Below the pieces are notes generated by a model. The model ran no database searches, was not told where the DNA came from, and was given only the letters and a program-made list of their open reading frames with translations. From NCBI GenBank assembly GCA_963695875.1, contig CAVOID010000010.1, positions 128,001 through 192,000 on the forward strand: a stretch of DNA of 64,000 nt. The letters are read 5' to 3'. The position numbers and the translations under genes were made by a program. Origin of the DNA: an uncultured delta proteobacterium (lineage in GTDB: Bacteria > Desulfobacterota > Syntrophia > Syntrophales > UBA2185). Shown piece by piece: positions 1 through 12,692 of this stretch; position 1 is the stretch's first letter, and each line of letters opens with the position of its first letter.

Positions 1-2
1 TC

Positions 3-293
3 TCCCGTAAGGACATCGAAGATGCGGGAGCACGTGATGAACATACTGAAGGCTTTGTTGACATACCCCGTTCCATTCAGGGAGTCGAAGTGTCTATCCT
101 TTTTACTGAATTATCGGAGCATGAATTTAAGTTAAGCCTCCGATCTAAAGGAAAGGTCAATGTAGAACGTGTTGCCAGCACATTTGGGGGAGGTGGGCAT
201 ACTAATGCCGCCGCTTGCCATATAAATGGAAATTTCAGCACCGTTTTATATCGAGTTTTAAACGCAATTAAGGACCTTTCATTAAATCCATGA
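3..293 (+). CDS. nrnA: DHH/DHHA1 family phosphoesterase (NrnA-like), 3' part only
   Basis: Open frame from window edge; C-terminal SLRS...FGGGGH.NAA DHHA1 motif; usual position upstream of truB. Confidence 0.8.
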   Translation, partial: SRKDIEDAGARDEHTEGFVDIPRSIQGVEVSILFTELSEHEFKLSLRSKGKVNVERVASTFGGGGHTNAAACHINGNFSTVLYRVLNAIKDLSLNP

Positions 294-1310
294 ATGGTAT
301 CGTTGTGACCGACAAACCTTCCGGTAAAACGTCTTATGATGTCGTCGAGGATGTCAAAAAGGCCCTCTCAGTTAGAAAGGCCGGACATACAGGTACCCTG
401 GATCCAATGGCAACAGGTGTCCTGCCTGTTTGTATAAACGAGGCAACGAAGTTAGTACAATTCTTTTCAATGGACACGAAAGACTACAGGGCGACCATGT
501 TACTGGGTGTCAAAACAGACACCCAGGATATAGAAGGTAAGATTATCGCTCGTAATGACCCATATGTCGGACTTACACGACATAGAAAATGTTTTTAATC
601 GCTTTATCGGGAAAATAGAACAGGTACCTCCCCGGTATTCAGCTATAAAATTTAAAGGTAAATCTCTCTATAAATGGACGAGGAAAGGTATTGACTATCG
701 AACCCCCACCAAGAATTGTGGAAATATTACAACATCGTGATCGACGAACTGAAATTGCCCTATGTAACCTTTTCAGTTTCATGTTCAAAGGGTACTTATG
801 TCAGGTCCCTGTGTTCCGATATCGGTGATATATTGGGATGTGGCGCATGTCTCGCGAGTTTGCGAAGAACAAGGAGTGGCATTTTTTTTGAGGCATCTGC
901 AGTATCACTTGAAAGTATTGATGAAGCAACGGGGGAAAGACTATCAGAGCACATTATACCCCTGATTGATGCCCTGCCGAATATTCCGGTAATTTATGTC
1001 GATGAAGCATTTGCTAAGAAATTGAGGGACAGGTTATCAACCAATTGCTGAATCTTTCAACACATATCATATCCCTTCCCTTGCAGCCGGAGATATGATA
1101 AAATTTATGGATAAAGATAATAATCTTGTCTCCATTGCGAAATTGCTTTATGCATCTGACCAGATCAATAAACTGGATGGCATGATACAATTTGTTAAAA
1201 TTTTAAGAATTTTTAATAACGACAAAGAGACATTCAGGACAGATGCAAAATTATCATTTGCCAATAGTCACAAACAACTAAATTTTGGGGAGGATATAAA
1301 GCGGTGTTAG
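290..1310 (+). CDS. truB: tRNA pseudouridine(55) synthase, split by about 3 indels (3' end approximate)
   Basis: [26 protein letters not shown] and [10 protein letters not shown] motifs across consecutive ORFs 290-598, 555-740, 716-1051, 1095-1310. Confidence 0.9.
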
Positions 1311-1570
1311 ATTCTGAAAAGAGAAAGGAAGTCATTAACAATTTCCAATTGCATGAAGTGGACACTGGATCTCCTGAAGTCCAGATAGCTCTCCTCAGCG
1401 CCAGAATAGAGTACCTGACGGAACATTTCAAAATGCATAAAAAGGATCATCATTCTCGCAGAGGTCTCTTGAAACTCGTCGGGAAGAGAAGGCGTATTCT
1501 GGATTATCTTAAGAAAAAGGACTTGGAGAGATACAGGAGTGTGATTCAGCGTCTGGGTCTAAGAAAATAA
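1304..1570 (+). CDS. rpsO: 30S ribosomal protein S15
   Basis: [39 protein letters not shown] start. Confidence 0.98.
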   Translation: MLDSEKRKEVINNFQLHEVDTGSPEVQIALLSARIEYLTEHFKMHKKDHHSRRGLLKLVGKRRRILDYLKKKDLERYRSVIQRLGLRK

Positions 1571-1714
1571 TCCCGGACCCAATTTTGTTGACGGAAAAGC
1601 ATGAAGAGAAAAAGATGTATTTCGATTGCTGGTTCGTCCCTAGTTTGTTACTGTATCCGCAAATATAAGGAAAATATATACAGCCATGAATTATAATGAT
1701 GAGAGGAAAAGTAC

Positions 1715-3836
1715 ATGAATAACACGTTTAAAATAGATTTCGCAGGAAGAAGCATTTCCATTAAAACAAACTACATGGCGGGTCAGGCCGATGGATCGGT
1801 CCTCGTAACCTATGGTGATACGGTCGTCATTGTAACCGCAGTTTCACTTAAGAATAAAAGAGAGGGCGTTGATTTCCTACCCCTGACAGTCGATTATCAG
1901 GAGATGACGTTTGCGGCTGGAAAGATCCCGGGAGGTTTTTTTAAGCGGGAGGGGCGCCCCAATGAAAGGGAAATATTAACATCACGTATTATTGACAGAT
2001 CGATCAGGCCCCTTTTCCCGAAAGGCTATTTCTTCGAAACGCAGATCGTGGCAACAGTACTGTCCGTGGATAATGAAAATGATTCTGTCGTGACAGCCTT
2101 GCTTGGTGCCTCTGCGGCGCTTGAAATCTCGGATATCCCTTTCAACGGACCTATTGCCGGTGTACGAGTTGGTCGTAGTGACGGCTCATTTATATGTAAC
2201 CCTTCATCAGATATCCTGGAGAAAAGTGATCTCAATCTCTTTATCGTTGGAAGAAAAGTATCACCCGGTTCCGGAGGTAAGGAATTTGATATTAATCTGG
2301 TGATGCTTGAAGGTGAAGCTCTTGAGATAGAAGAGGACGTAATTGTCAATGCTATCAATTTTGGCCTGGAATCAATACGGCCAGTAATTGAACTTCAGGA
2401 TCATATACGCCAAACAATAGGGAATGAAAAAAGAGCTGTAGAGAAAATTACCGTAGACGAAGCCCTTTTATGCAAAGGTTACTGAAGCTGCCACAGACAG
2501 CCTGAAAGAAGCCTATACCATATCGAGAAAGCTCGACCGGCACAAAAAACTTGATTGGATAAGAGAAAAGATAATCAAAGAATTAAATGCTGAGGATGAC
2601 AAGATCGGTCACCAAATAAGAAACATCATATCGGACCTGGAACGGCAAATAGTTAGAAACATGATTTTACATGAGAAAAAGAGGAGTGATGGAAGATCTA
2701 CTATGGATATCAGACCGATCAGTTCCGAAGTGGGAATTCTACCCAGAGCGCACGGATCAGCGCTCTTTACCAGGGGTGAGACCCAGGCCCTTGCAGCCCT
2801 CACACTCGGTACATCTTCGGACGAACAGAGGCTGGATTACGTAAGTGGGGAAGAAATGAGAACTTTTATTTTGCACTACAATTTTCCCCCTTACTGTGTA
2901 GGAGAAGCAAAGCCCTTAAGGAACCCGGGGAGAAGAGAAATCGGTCATGGTGCCCTCGCCAGAAAGGCTTTATTACCTATTTTGCCCTCCGTAGAAGTTT
3001 TCCCCTACACGATAAGAATTGTCTCTGAGATCCTGTCTTCCAATGGTTCATCATCAATGGCCACAGTCTGCGGCAGCTTGCTTTCCCTCATGGATGCGGG
3101 CGTACCGGTAAGGGACTTCGTTGCCGGAATCGCCATGGGGTTATTAAAGGAAGATGATAAGGTTGCAATCCTTTCCGATATCATAGGTGATGAAGACCAT
3201 GCAGGCGACATGGATCTCAAAGTATGCGGAACGAAGAAGGGAATCACGGCCTTGCAGATGGACATCAAAATTGGCGGGCTGAATGAAGATATATTAAGAA
3301 GCGCTTTATACCAGGCGAAGGAGGGGCGTTTTTTTATCATCGAAAAACTCAGGGATACAATTCCAGAACCGAGGGAAGACATATCTCAATATGCTCCTCG
3401 GATTACAACCCTCAAGGTAAGACCGGAAAAGGTGAGGGATGTGATCGGCTCCGGCGGGAAGAATATCAGGCAGATCATCAATGAAACAGGTGTTACCATC
3501 GACGTGGAAGATGACGGTACTGTGACCATTGCATCGAATGATGCAGAAGCGGCATCGAGAGCCGTGGCTATGGTTAAGTGGTTGACCGAAGACGCAGAGG
3601 TGGGAAAGACTTATCGTGGCATCGTCAAGAAAATTGTAGATTTTGGGGCCTTTGTCGAAATATTGCCGGGCACTGAAGGCTTGGTACACATATCACAGCT
3701 ATCCAAGGAAAGGGTTAAGAAAGTAACCGACATCCTCCAGGAAGGGGAAGAAGTAACGGTTAAGGTACTTGAGATCGATAAGCAGGGGAAGATTCGGCTT
3801 AGCAGGAAGGATGCACTGGGTGCCAATGCGCAATAA
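1715..3836 (+). CDS. pnp: Polyribonucleotide nucleotidyltransferase (one frameshift near 2480)
   Basis: [49 protein letters not shown] and S1 domains; follows rpsO. Confidence 0.97.
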
Positions 3837-5103
3837 GACCGTTCTTCCTAACGGTGTCAGGGTCATTTCCGAAGAGATCAATCATGTCAGGTCAATATCC
3901 ATAGGGGTCTGGGTGCAGAGCGGTTCCCGTTACGAAGACTCTGCCACAAACGGAACAGCTCATTTTATCGAGCACATGCTCTTTAAAGGGACTAAGAACA
4001 GGTCTGCATTTGATATTGCTTCAGCGATTGATTCTGTCGGTGGGATGATGAATGCCTTCACTGGCAAGGAACTGACCTCATTTTATATAAAGATACCGGA
4101 CTATCATCTCACTATGGCAATAGACCTTCTTGCCGATATCTTCATAAACTCACGTTTTGATGAGGAAGAAATCAGAAAAGAACAATCGGTGATCCTTCAA
4201 GAAATAAAAATGGTCGAGGATTCACCCGATGATTATATTCATGATTTTTTTGAAAGTGTATTCTGGAATGGCCACCCCTTAGGTCTTCCAGTTTTGGGAA
4301 CAAAGGACTTAATAACGACATTAAATAGAGAAACTCTTCTCACATTCTTCAATGAACGATATACTGGTGATAATCTGGTACTGGCTGCTGCGGGTAATCT
4401 GAAACATGATGAATTGGTTGATCTGGTAAATCAGTCCTTCGGATCTATACCGGGAAAATCTCTCAAGTCTCAAACGAGCGAACCAGTGGTATCATCAAGG
4501 GCAGCCATCCTCAAAAAAGATCTGGAACAAGTGCATGTGATAATCGGCACTATTGCCCCTTCTGCGATAAATCCAAAAAGATACTCGAGCTTTATATTAA
4601 ATGCAGTTCTTGGGGGTAGCATGAGCTCGAGACTGTTTCAGGAAATCAGAGAAAAAAGAGGGCTTGCTTATGCAATCCATTCCTATCTTAACCCGTATAT
4701 GGATACAGGTTTTCTAGGTGTATATGCGGGAACTGGTGAGGACAGGATTCAGGTTGTTATCAGTCTGATTCTTGAAGAATTGAAGCGGTTACGTGATGAT
4801 CCCTTAACTGAGAAAGAAATGACACAAGCCAAGGAACTGATCAAGGGAAACTTTCTGCTCTCTATGGAGAGCACTGATAATCGTATGATCAAGTTGGCCA
4901 AGAATGAAATATTTTTTGGACGGTTTATTCCTCCGGAAGATATTATGGCCTCTGTAGATGCTGTTTCTGCAGAAGATGTTAGGAATCTGGCTTTTGAAAT
5001 CTTCAATCCTGACATCATCTCCCTGGTTGCCATGGGAATGATTTCAGAAAAGGATATTTCTCTGGCTACCATAAAGGAAAAGAGTTTTAAGAATGACATT
5101 TGA
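3826..5103 (+). CDS. M16 family zinc peptidase
   Basis: [11 protein letters not shown] inverted zinc motif; [16 protein letters not shown]; common neighbour of pnp. Confidence 0.93.
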   Translation: MRNKTVLPNGVRVISEEINHVRSISIGVWVQSGSRYEDSATNGTAHFIEHMLFKGTKNRSAFDIASAIDSVGGMMNAFTGKELTSFYIKIPDYHLTMAIDLLADIFINSRFDEEEIRKEQSVILQEIKMVEDSPDDYIHDFFESVFWNGHPLGLPVLGTKDLITTLNRETLLTFFNERYTGDNLVLAAAGNLKHDELVDLVNQSFGSIPGKSLKSQTSEPVVSSRAAILKKDLEQVHVIIGTIAPSAINPKRYSSFILNAVLGGSMSSRLFQEIREKRGLAYAIHSYLNPYMDTGFLGVYAGTGEDRIQVVISLILEELKRLRDDPLTEKEMTQAKELIKGNFLLSMESTDNRMIKLAKNEIFFGRFIPPEDIMASVDAVSAEDVRNLAFEIFNPDIISLVAMGMISEKDISLATIKEKSFKNDI

Positions 5104-5109
5104 GTTCTT

Positions 5110-5559
5110 ATGATGGAAGAAATCACAATACCAATTCAAAATTTGTCGGACTGTGAAGACATATACTTTCCAAGATATATGACCGAATTTTCGGCAGGTA
5201 TGGATATCTTTGCAGCGGTGGAAGCAGATGAGACAATACTTCCGGGTCAGAGAAAGGTGATCCCCACAGGAATCGCGATTGCGCTGCCGGCAGGTTATGA
5301 AGCTGAAATAAGGCCTCGCAGTGGTCTTGCTGTAAAAAATGGTGTGACGCTGGTTAATTCTCCTGGAACTATTGATGCAGATTACCGTGGTGAGATCGGA
5401 ATAATCATGATTAATCATGGGGAAAATCCTTTTATTATCAGGAGGGGTGATCGTATAGCGCAGATGATAGTACATCGGGTTTGTAGGGTTTCATGGATAG
5501 CGTGTCAGCAGCTTGATACAACATCAAGAGGGAACGGAGGATTTGGTCATACCAAGTAA
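5110..5559 (+). CDS. dut: dUTP diphosphatase
   Basis: [33 protein letters not shown] motifs. Confidence 0.96.
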   Translation: MMEEITIPIQNLSDCEDIYFPRYMTEFSAGMDIFAAVEADETILPGQRKVIPTGIAIALPAGYEAEIRPRSGLAVKNGVTLVNSPGTIDADYRGEIGIIMINHGENPFIIRRGDRIAQMIVHRVCRVSWIACQQLDTTSRGNGGFGHTK

Positions 5560-5576
5560 ATGAGGATGGGCATCTC

Positions 5577-6758
5577 ATGAAAAAACTCAGAGTAAATAAA
5601 ACGTATAAAGAGATCAATGAGAAGATCAAACAGGGAAAGGCCGTTGTTGTAACTGCTGAAGAGATGATCGATATAGTTGAGAGACATGGTCATGTTGATG
5701 CAGCCCGAAAGATAGACGTCGTCACAACTGGTACATTCGCTCCCATGTGTTCATCAGGTGCATTTCTAAATTTTGGCCATACCTCTCCAAGGATAAAGGC
5801 CTCAAAGATATGGCTCAATGATGTATTTGCCTATGGTGGTATCGCCGCGGTGGACTGCTATATAGGCGCAACTGAGGTTGTCGAAGGAGACCCCCTCAAC
5901 AGTGTCTATCCTGGGGAATTCAATTACGGAGGCGGACATGTCATCGAGGATTTGGTCGCCGGTAATGTAATCAGATTGCGTGCAGAAGGCTATGGAACTG
6001 ATTGCTATCCTGCGACGGAAATACGAAAAAAATATTACTATTAATGATTTAAGAGACGCTATTCTCTTCAACCCGCGAAATGCCTATCAGAATTATAGTT
6101 GCGCTGTTAACATGTCTGACAAAACAATTTATACTTATATGGGAGTTCTGAGACCCCGCATGGCTAACGCCAATTATGCTACATCGGGACAGTTAAGCCC
6201 ACTATTTAATGATCCCTATTACATGACAATTGGTATCGGGACGAGAATCTTTTTGGGAGGATGCCAAGGCTATGTATCCTGGCAAGGTACGCAGCATAAC
6301 CCCGAACGTTGTTAGAGGTAAAAATGGTGTCCCGAAAGAGGGCGCAGGAACTATTGCAACAATAGGAAATCTCAAAGAGATGAGTCCTGAATGGCTTGTA
6401 GGTGCGAGTATGTTAGGATATGGAGTTTCCCTTTACGTCGGGATAGGCATTCCGATCCCCATCTTGAACGAAGAGATGGTACGTTACACCTCTGTTAAAA
6501 ATGAGGATATCTATACGCAGGTTTATGATTATAGCATGAATTATCCGAAAGGTGGTGCTCTAAAAAGCCTTGGCGAGGTAAATTATAAGGAACTCTTCTC
6601 GGGTGTCGATAACATTAAACGGTAACAAGATTATTACCGCTTCTTTATCCAGTTATTATAAAGCAAAAGAAATTGCCCATATTCTCAAAGAGTGGATCGA
6701 ACGGGGAGAATTTCTTCTCGGTCAACCACAGCAGTTACTTCCTTCCGTAACTCAATAG
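5577..6758 (+). CDS. DUF39 homocysteine biosynthesis protein (aspartate-semialdehyde sulfurtransferase type), split by indels
   Basis: EINEKIKQGKAVVVTAEE, DVVTTGTFAPMCSSG, YGGGHVIEDLV, GTDCYP, NPRNAYQNY, IGIGTRIFLGG across ORFs 5577-6044, 5980-6315, 6230-6625. Confidence 0.85.
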
Positions 6759-6768
6759 TCCACAATAG

Positions 6769-6860
6769 TTTCGTTAAAAGTCCACCTGCCGGGATTATCC
6801 CCTGAAGGCGGAGGCAGGGATAGCCTTCCACCGCCTTCTTCTTCATCCTTCAGCATAACA
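6769..6860 (-). repeat. Degenerate family A miniature element with CCTGCC...GGCAGG insert
   Basis: TTTCGTTAAAAGTCCA and CTTCATCC match the reverse complement of the right end of the 36284-36460 element. Confidence 0.45.
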
Positions 6861-7143
6861 ACACACATTACGCTTGCTTCATGTCTCAAGTGAGTTTACC
6901 ATGAGCCCGTATGAAGGAGGTACCTTCTCTTCCGAGTTTCTGAAACAATGAACCATCTCGTATTCAATATCTTTGCAACTTTTTTAGATAATAAACAGTT
7001 TATAATGTTGTATACATAAATAATGTAAATTTATTTTAAAGTTTTACCGATTAAGTTGGCGAAAATAAGCTTACATAAAGACAACTTTGATCAATATTAA
7101 TCAATTTTAAAATATATTGTAATCATGAATGATCATTTATCGC

Positions 7144-7180
7144 TTGACATAAGTTATAGTTAGTGTATAAGTTCTAACTA
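7144..7180 (+). promoter_or_regulatory. Sigma70-type promoter with overlapping palindromic operator
   Basis: TTGACA(7144)-16 nt-TATAAG(7166); TAGTTAG(7157-7163)-N10-CTAACTA(7174-7180). Confidence 0.6.
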
Positions 7181-7201
7181 AGGCAATACTTTTCAAACGG
7201 A

Positions 7202-7394
7202 ATGAGTATGAGAAGAAATAAAGTTAAACAGCTTCGTGAAGCTATTCCTCTAAGCATTGCCGAACTTGCGAGAAGAGCAGGTTTAGCGCCTCAAACCGTA
7301 ACAAAAATGGAAAAGGATTTACCAACACGAAAGTATTCCGAATTGAAAGGTCGCAAAAGCATTGCAAAAAAAATATGAAGATGTTTTTTTGTGA
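7202..7394 (+). CDS. Small XRE/Cro-type helix-turn-helix protein (not in ORF track; frameshift near 7349)
   Basis: Own translation: MSMRRNKVKQLREAIPLSIAELARRAGLAPQTVTKMEKDLPTRKYSELK/VAKALQKKYEDVFL*. Confidence 0.8.
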
Positions 7395-7464
7395 GCAGCA
7401 TGACAGATATTTATACATAATTTATATACTTTTTAACAGCTTGAATGGAAATGATCGGTATCGA

Positions 7465-7732
7465 ATGAAAATAGGCAGATATCTTATTGTGTTTGTTTTC
7501 TTGATGAGTATGCTCATTACTTTCGGAAAAAGGGGGCTCATTGACAACTACGCGATGAAGGAACGATTAATGGCTCTTAAAGAAAACAAATCATGATATT
7601 GCCCTTGAGAACATGGAATTGAGTAGAAAGGTCGTGCTGCTCAAAAGTGATCTTCAATATATAGAAATGGTAGCACGAAACGAACTCGGAATGGTCAGGA
7701 AGGGAGATCTTATTTATCGATATTCAAAATGA
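7465..7732 (+). CDS. ftsB: FtsB/DivIC septum formation initiator family protein (frameshift near 7590)
   Basis: N-terminal TM, FGKRGL, coiled coil, then YIEMVARNELGMVRKGDLIY in shifted frame. Confidence 0.75.
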
Positions 7733-7765
7733 ATCTCGATTATAATAATCTACGACGGTGATCTT

Positions 7766-8889
7766 ATGTTAAATATTAAAAATCTTATTATCCGAGGCAA
7801 AAAGATATCTTTAAGATCGATCTGTTCGCCGAGGCAGTAAGCAACTGGTTGGGCTTGACATAGGATCAAGTTCTATAAAACTTGCTGAAATACAAGAAAC
7901 CCCAAAGGGGTACATTCTTAACCGGTTTTCCCAAATGCCTTTGGAAAAGGGTGTAATCGTAGATGGCATACCTGTGGAACCGCAGGAATTAGCCATGAAA
8001 ATTAAGGAACTATTCAAACAATCCGGTTGTAAGAAGAAAGGTGTTGTAATCTCTCTTTCTGGACATTCCGTCATTAGTAAAAAAAGTAAACTTTCCCACT
8101 CATGGATGAAGAATGAGTTGCGTGATCTGATAAAAGATGAAGCAGGCAAATATCTGCCGTTCGATAATATGGAGGCAGTGAGCTACGATTTTCAAATCCT
8201 CGGCGAAAATGAATTCAATCCTAATCAGATGGATGTTATTATCGTCGCAGCAAAGAAAGATATTGTCTCCGGTTATACTGATGCCATTCAACGAGCGGGG
8301 TATTTACCCGTGATCATGGATGTAGATTCCTTTGCACTCGAAACCATGTATGAAGAGAATTATGAATTTGAAGACAACGAAATGGCCGTTCTCATTAATA
8401 TAGGGGCAAGTATCACGAACATAAACGTCCTTAAAGGCGGCGCGTCGATCTTTACCAGAGATTTTACTCTGGCGGGAAATTCCATAACTGAAGCAATTCA
8501 GAAGAAGTTAGGCGTGACGTTTGAAGAGGCGGAAAGAATAAAAATCGAAGGTCCCGGCGGCAATGAATCGGCAGAAAGAGAATTCCAGCAAAGTCTCCTC
8601 TCATTATGCTGAACCTATCTGTTCAGAAATTGAGAGGTCTGTCGATTATTTCAGGTCAACCTACGGCGGAGAATATATAAAGCACGTTCTCCTTTCCGGC
8701 GGAAGTGCAAAAATCCCAGGTATAGTAAATGACCTGACTCAAAGACTTAGCGTTGAAGCAGAAATTGCCAATCCCTTTAAAAAAATAGGATACAATATAA
8801 AGACCCTTGATCCAGCAACAATCGAAGAGATTAAACCAATCGCCACAGTAGGAGTCGGGCTGGCATTAAGAAAAGTAGGTGACAAATGA
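7766..8889 (+). CDS. pilM: Type IV pilus assembly protein PilM (indels; start approximate)
   Basis: LVGLDIGSSSIKLAE, INIGASITNI, LLSGGSAKIPG, VGLALR. Confidence 0.93.
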
Positions 8890-9431
8890 TCAGGATTAAT
8901 CTTCTTCCTTATCGGGAAAAGGGAAAAAAAGAGGACCTAACACGGCAGATTGTGATCATTGCCATCACTTTCATAGTCTTTCTCCTCGCGATCGGCTCTT
9001 TACAACTTTATCTCAGTATGAGTATCAGCTCTCTCGAAAAAAACATAAAAATCAAGGAAGAAACTCTTGCTCGTCTGAATAAGATCGTTGTTGATATAGA
9101 AACTTATAAGAAAGACAAGGCGCTTCTGGAGAAAAAACTCGCCATTATCAATAACCTCGAAGAAAATCGTCTGGCGCCCGTTCGTATGCTGGACGAGTTA
9201 ACAACGCTGGTTCCCATACATGATGTCTGGCTTGAGAAATTAACCGAGAAGGGAACAGATACTACTTTTGAAGGTATGGCCAGAAATAATATCGCCGTTG
9301 CACACTTTATGAAAAACATGGCTGGATCCACCTTTATCAAATCTGTCGATTTAGTATCCACAAAGGAAAAAGAGATATCCGGCATCAAATTGCAGCAGTT
9401 TGTTATATCGTGCGTGAAGAAGAAGGGATAA
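8886..9431 (+). CDS. pilN: Type IV pilus assembly protein PilN
   Basis: MIRINLLP N-terminal motif, TM, coiled coil; follows pilM. Confidence 0.93.
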   Translation: MIRINLLPYREKGKKEDLTRQIVIIAITFIVFLLAIGSLQLYLSMSISSLEKNIKIKEETLARLNKIVVDIETYKKDKALLEKKLAIINNLEENRLAPVRMLDELTTLVPIHDVWLEKLTEKGTDTTFEGMARNNIAVAHFMKNMAGSTFIKSVDLVSTKEKEISGIKLQQFVISCVKKKG

Positions 9432-9438
9432 TAATTGT

Positions 9439-10130
9439 ATGGCTATCACCCTGGATGATATCAAAAGAATGCCCCCAAAGCGTAAGGCATTGATTGTCTT
9501 TATAATATATCTTGCTTATAGGTGGGGCATATTTTTCCATAATCATGCAACCATCAATACAGCAAAAAGGGACTCTCGAGGCAAAGTTATCCGATATTGA
9601 GGCAAAGGTCGTAGAGCAGGACCGCATAGCAGCCCAAAAGGAAAAATATGCCAAGGAAGTTGATGCGCTTAGAGAAACATTAAAGCTTGCCCTGACAAAA
9701 CTACCCGATCAGCGTGAGATTCCGGGTCTCTTATACGCTGTAGCACAGGCGGGAAAAGATGCCGGTATCGATTTTCTCTTGTTCGAACCAAAACAATCTG
9801 AGAAAAAACCCCAGGACACACAGCAGGCGGGGGTGAAACCTGCCGATAAAAAAGCAGCCGACACTAAAGGTGCTCCAGCGAAACAACCTGAAGATCAATT
9901 TTATGAGGAAATACCCGTTAAGGTGACGGTTAGCGGTAGATTTTCATAGTACCGTTGTCTTTTTTGAAAAGGTTGCGAAGCTTCCCAGGATTATCAATAT
10001 TGAAGATATAACCATGTATCCAGGGAAGGAGATAAAGGGTTTGGGACGGCCTATAAATACGTCTTGTGTGATAAAAACTTACATGTTCGTGGAAAAACGG
10101 GATGAAAAAAAAGTCGATGAAAAAAAATAG
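9439..10130 (+). CDS. pilO: Type IV pilus assembly protein PilO (indels)
   Basis: KLPDQREIPGLL, FYEEIPV, VAKLPRIINI; operon position. Confidence 0.88.
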
Positions 10131-10656
10131 AACCGCAGCTTGCATAACAAAAATGTTTCTGTCTTTGATTGTCGTGATGTGGGCATCCTCGTCTATCGCG
10201 GCTGAACCAAAAGCAGCAGATACAAAAGGGACTGATGTACAAGCAGTTGAAACGAAGGTAGCCGATCTCAAACCAGCCCCTGAATACAGATACAATCCTA
10301 TCGGAAAACCGGATCCTTTTAAACCCTTTATAGATCTGGAAATCGATCTCAAGAAAAAGCTGGAACACCCAAAAGCCCTCCCGATTTCACCACTGCAAAG
10401 GGTGAGTGTCGATCAATTCAGGGTGGTAGGCATCGGAGGTGATGACCACTCCAAAATAGCCATGGTCCAGGATTTTAAGGGGAAATTTTATCCCATCTTT
10501 TTGGGAACCTATATTGGCCTGAACAGTGGTAGAGTAGTACAGATACTGGCAGATCGTGTCATCGTCGAAGAAAAGGTCAAATTAGAGGCCAAAAAGACGA
10601 AGACAAGTAGGATTACGATGAAGCTTCACAAAGAAGAAGGTGAGGGAAAACCATGA
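10102..10656 (+). CDS. pilP: Type IV pilus assembly protein PilP
   Basis: YNPIGKPDPFKP, SPLQ, GTYIGLNSGRV motifs. Confidence 0.88.
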   Translation: MKKKSMKKNRTAACITKMFLSLIVVMWASSSIAAEPKAADTKGTDVQAVETKVADLKPAPEYRYNPIGKPDPFKPFIDLEIDLKKKLEHPKALPISPLQRVSVDQFRVVGIGGDDHSKIAMVQDFKGKFYPIFLGTYIGLNSGRVVQILADRVIVEEKVKLEAKKTKTSRITMKLHKEEGEGKP

Positions 10657-12407
10657 AAAAAAATATACCATGGATTGTATTTTTGACTGCTTTTGTAATA
10701 TTTATTGGTAATGCCGAATTCGCAAGGAGTGCACCGCCTGAGGCGGCAAATACCCCGCAGGTTTCCGCGCACTAAGGAACAGACGGCAGATTTTGGATAT
10801 CTTGAAAGTGTAACATTTGAAAAGATGAACGGCAAAGAGCGCATTACCATTGTTGCATCCAAACAGTCCGGTGTTGATGTCGAAGCCCTGGCCGGTAATG
10901 GCGTTCTTGTAAAAATGGCAAAAACATTTGTGCCCGAGGAGCTCAAGCAGCCCTTAGGTGAGGGAAAGCTTGCCAATGTAATCAACGTTGTTCCTGCCCA
11001 AAAGACATCCGATGGCCAGCAATGGGCCCAAATCACGATAGCCCTTAGAGAGCGGGTCCCCTATAGTGTCAGTCAGGCAGGTAAGAATATTTTTATTGAT
11101 TTCAATGTAAGCAGCCTGGAGAGTAAACTGCCTGAAGCTCAGCAAAAAGCAGCGGAGGCTCCCAAAGAAACAGCCAAGAAAGAGGTGAAGCCTGCTGAAA
11201 GGCAGAACCGACAAGGACAAAGAAGCGAAGAGGTCTGCAAGCCGTAGGATATCCCTTGATTTTCAGGATGCAAGCATAAAGGCAGTACTGCGGTTATTGG
11301 CTGAGGAGGGAGGAGTCACTATTGTCTCCGGGGATGATGTCAAGGGAAATGTGACCCTGAGCATGAAAAAGGTCCCCTGGGATCTGGCACTCAATAGCAT
11401 TTTAGACGTTCAAGGTCTTATTAAAAAGCAGACGGATGATGTGATCACCGTCATGACCGTCGAAAGAGTGAAAAAAGACCAGGCAGACCGAAAGGCAGCT
11501 GAAGAAGATCGTCTCAAAGCCGAGGCCATCGCCAAAAAGGCAGAGCAGGAACGCCTGGAAGAAAGAGGAAGACTGAGACAGGTAGCCATAGAGGCAAAAA
11601 TTGTGGAGGCCAATGACACTTTCGTCAGAAACCTCGGCGTACAGTGGGGAGGTGTGTCCTATAACAGGATCGGTGACTATTCCTACGCCTTGACGGCTGG
11701 GACAAACCCCACATCGGCTCGAACCAGGACATGGTCGTATCCGGCGGCTATCCCATTTACAGATGTAACTACTGGACAAGCCAATACAGACCGCTGCCCT
11801 CAATTATCCAGCGACAATTGCATCGCCGACATTCGGTCTCGTTATCGGAGGGATGAATGCCGTGCTTGAGGCCCAGATTGCTGCTCTCGAATCAAACAAT
11901 ATGATCAAAATTGTTTCGTCACCAAAAGTTACTACAATGGATAATGTCAAGGCAACGATAAAACAGGGGCAGGAGATTCCCTACATTACGATCGACAAAG
12001 ATGGAAACAGGAGTATAACCTTCAAAGAGGCAGTTCTGAAGCTTGACGTCAAACCGAAGGTCACACCCGACGGCACTATATCCATGGAGATCAAGGCATC
12101 AAATGATGCCGCAGATTACACCCAGGCCGCACTTTTAGGCGGTAACCCTCCGATCAATAAAAACGAAGTTGAGTCTAAAGTTGTTGTTCAGGATGGAGAT
12201 ACTATTGTCCTCGGAGGAATATTAATAACAAACGATCAAAGCGGCGTGACCGGTGTTCCCTGGTTTCAGAAGATACCGATCCTAGGCTGGTTATTCAAAA
12301 CAGAAAACCTGAGCAAAAACCGAAAACAGCTCATGGTATTTATCACCCCGAAGATCATAAAGGGAGAAGCTCTGGGAGAAAAACCTGAAAAACCAAAAGG
12401 GGGATAA
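10653..12407 (+). CDS. pilQ: Type IV pilus secretin PilQ (several indels)
   Basis: ISLDFQDA, VPWDLAL, QVAIEAKIVE, LGVQWG, IKQGQEIPY, GVPWFQKIPILGWLFK, VFITPKI. Confidence 0.93.
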
Positions 12408-12437
12408 AGTGTCTCGCTTCTTTGTGCTGCTCTAAAC

Positions 12438-12480
12438 AAAATTAGACCTTTGCATTAAATGTGCAAAGGTCTAAAATTTT
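12438..12480. terminator. Hairpin/terminator after pilQ
   Basis: Perfect 13-bp inverted repeat TTAGACCTTTGCA / TGCAAAGGTCTAA flanked by A/T runs. Confidence 0.7.
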
Positions 12481-12692
12481 GTCACGAGATGAAGACCATT
12501 AACAAAGATCTCTGCAGTCCCCGGTGACAAGCACTGGCGGCACTTTCACATAGATAGCTGCGATAAATTAAACCTTAGACCCCTTCGACTCGTCTCAACA
12601 AGCTTAGGGACAATTCGACTAAATCCTTTTTCTCTGGAATTTTAACGAAAAAGGCCAAGTCTTCTTAAATTAAAAATTTTGAAAGTAGAAAA

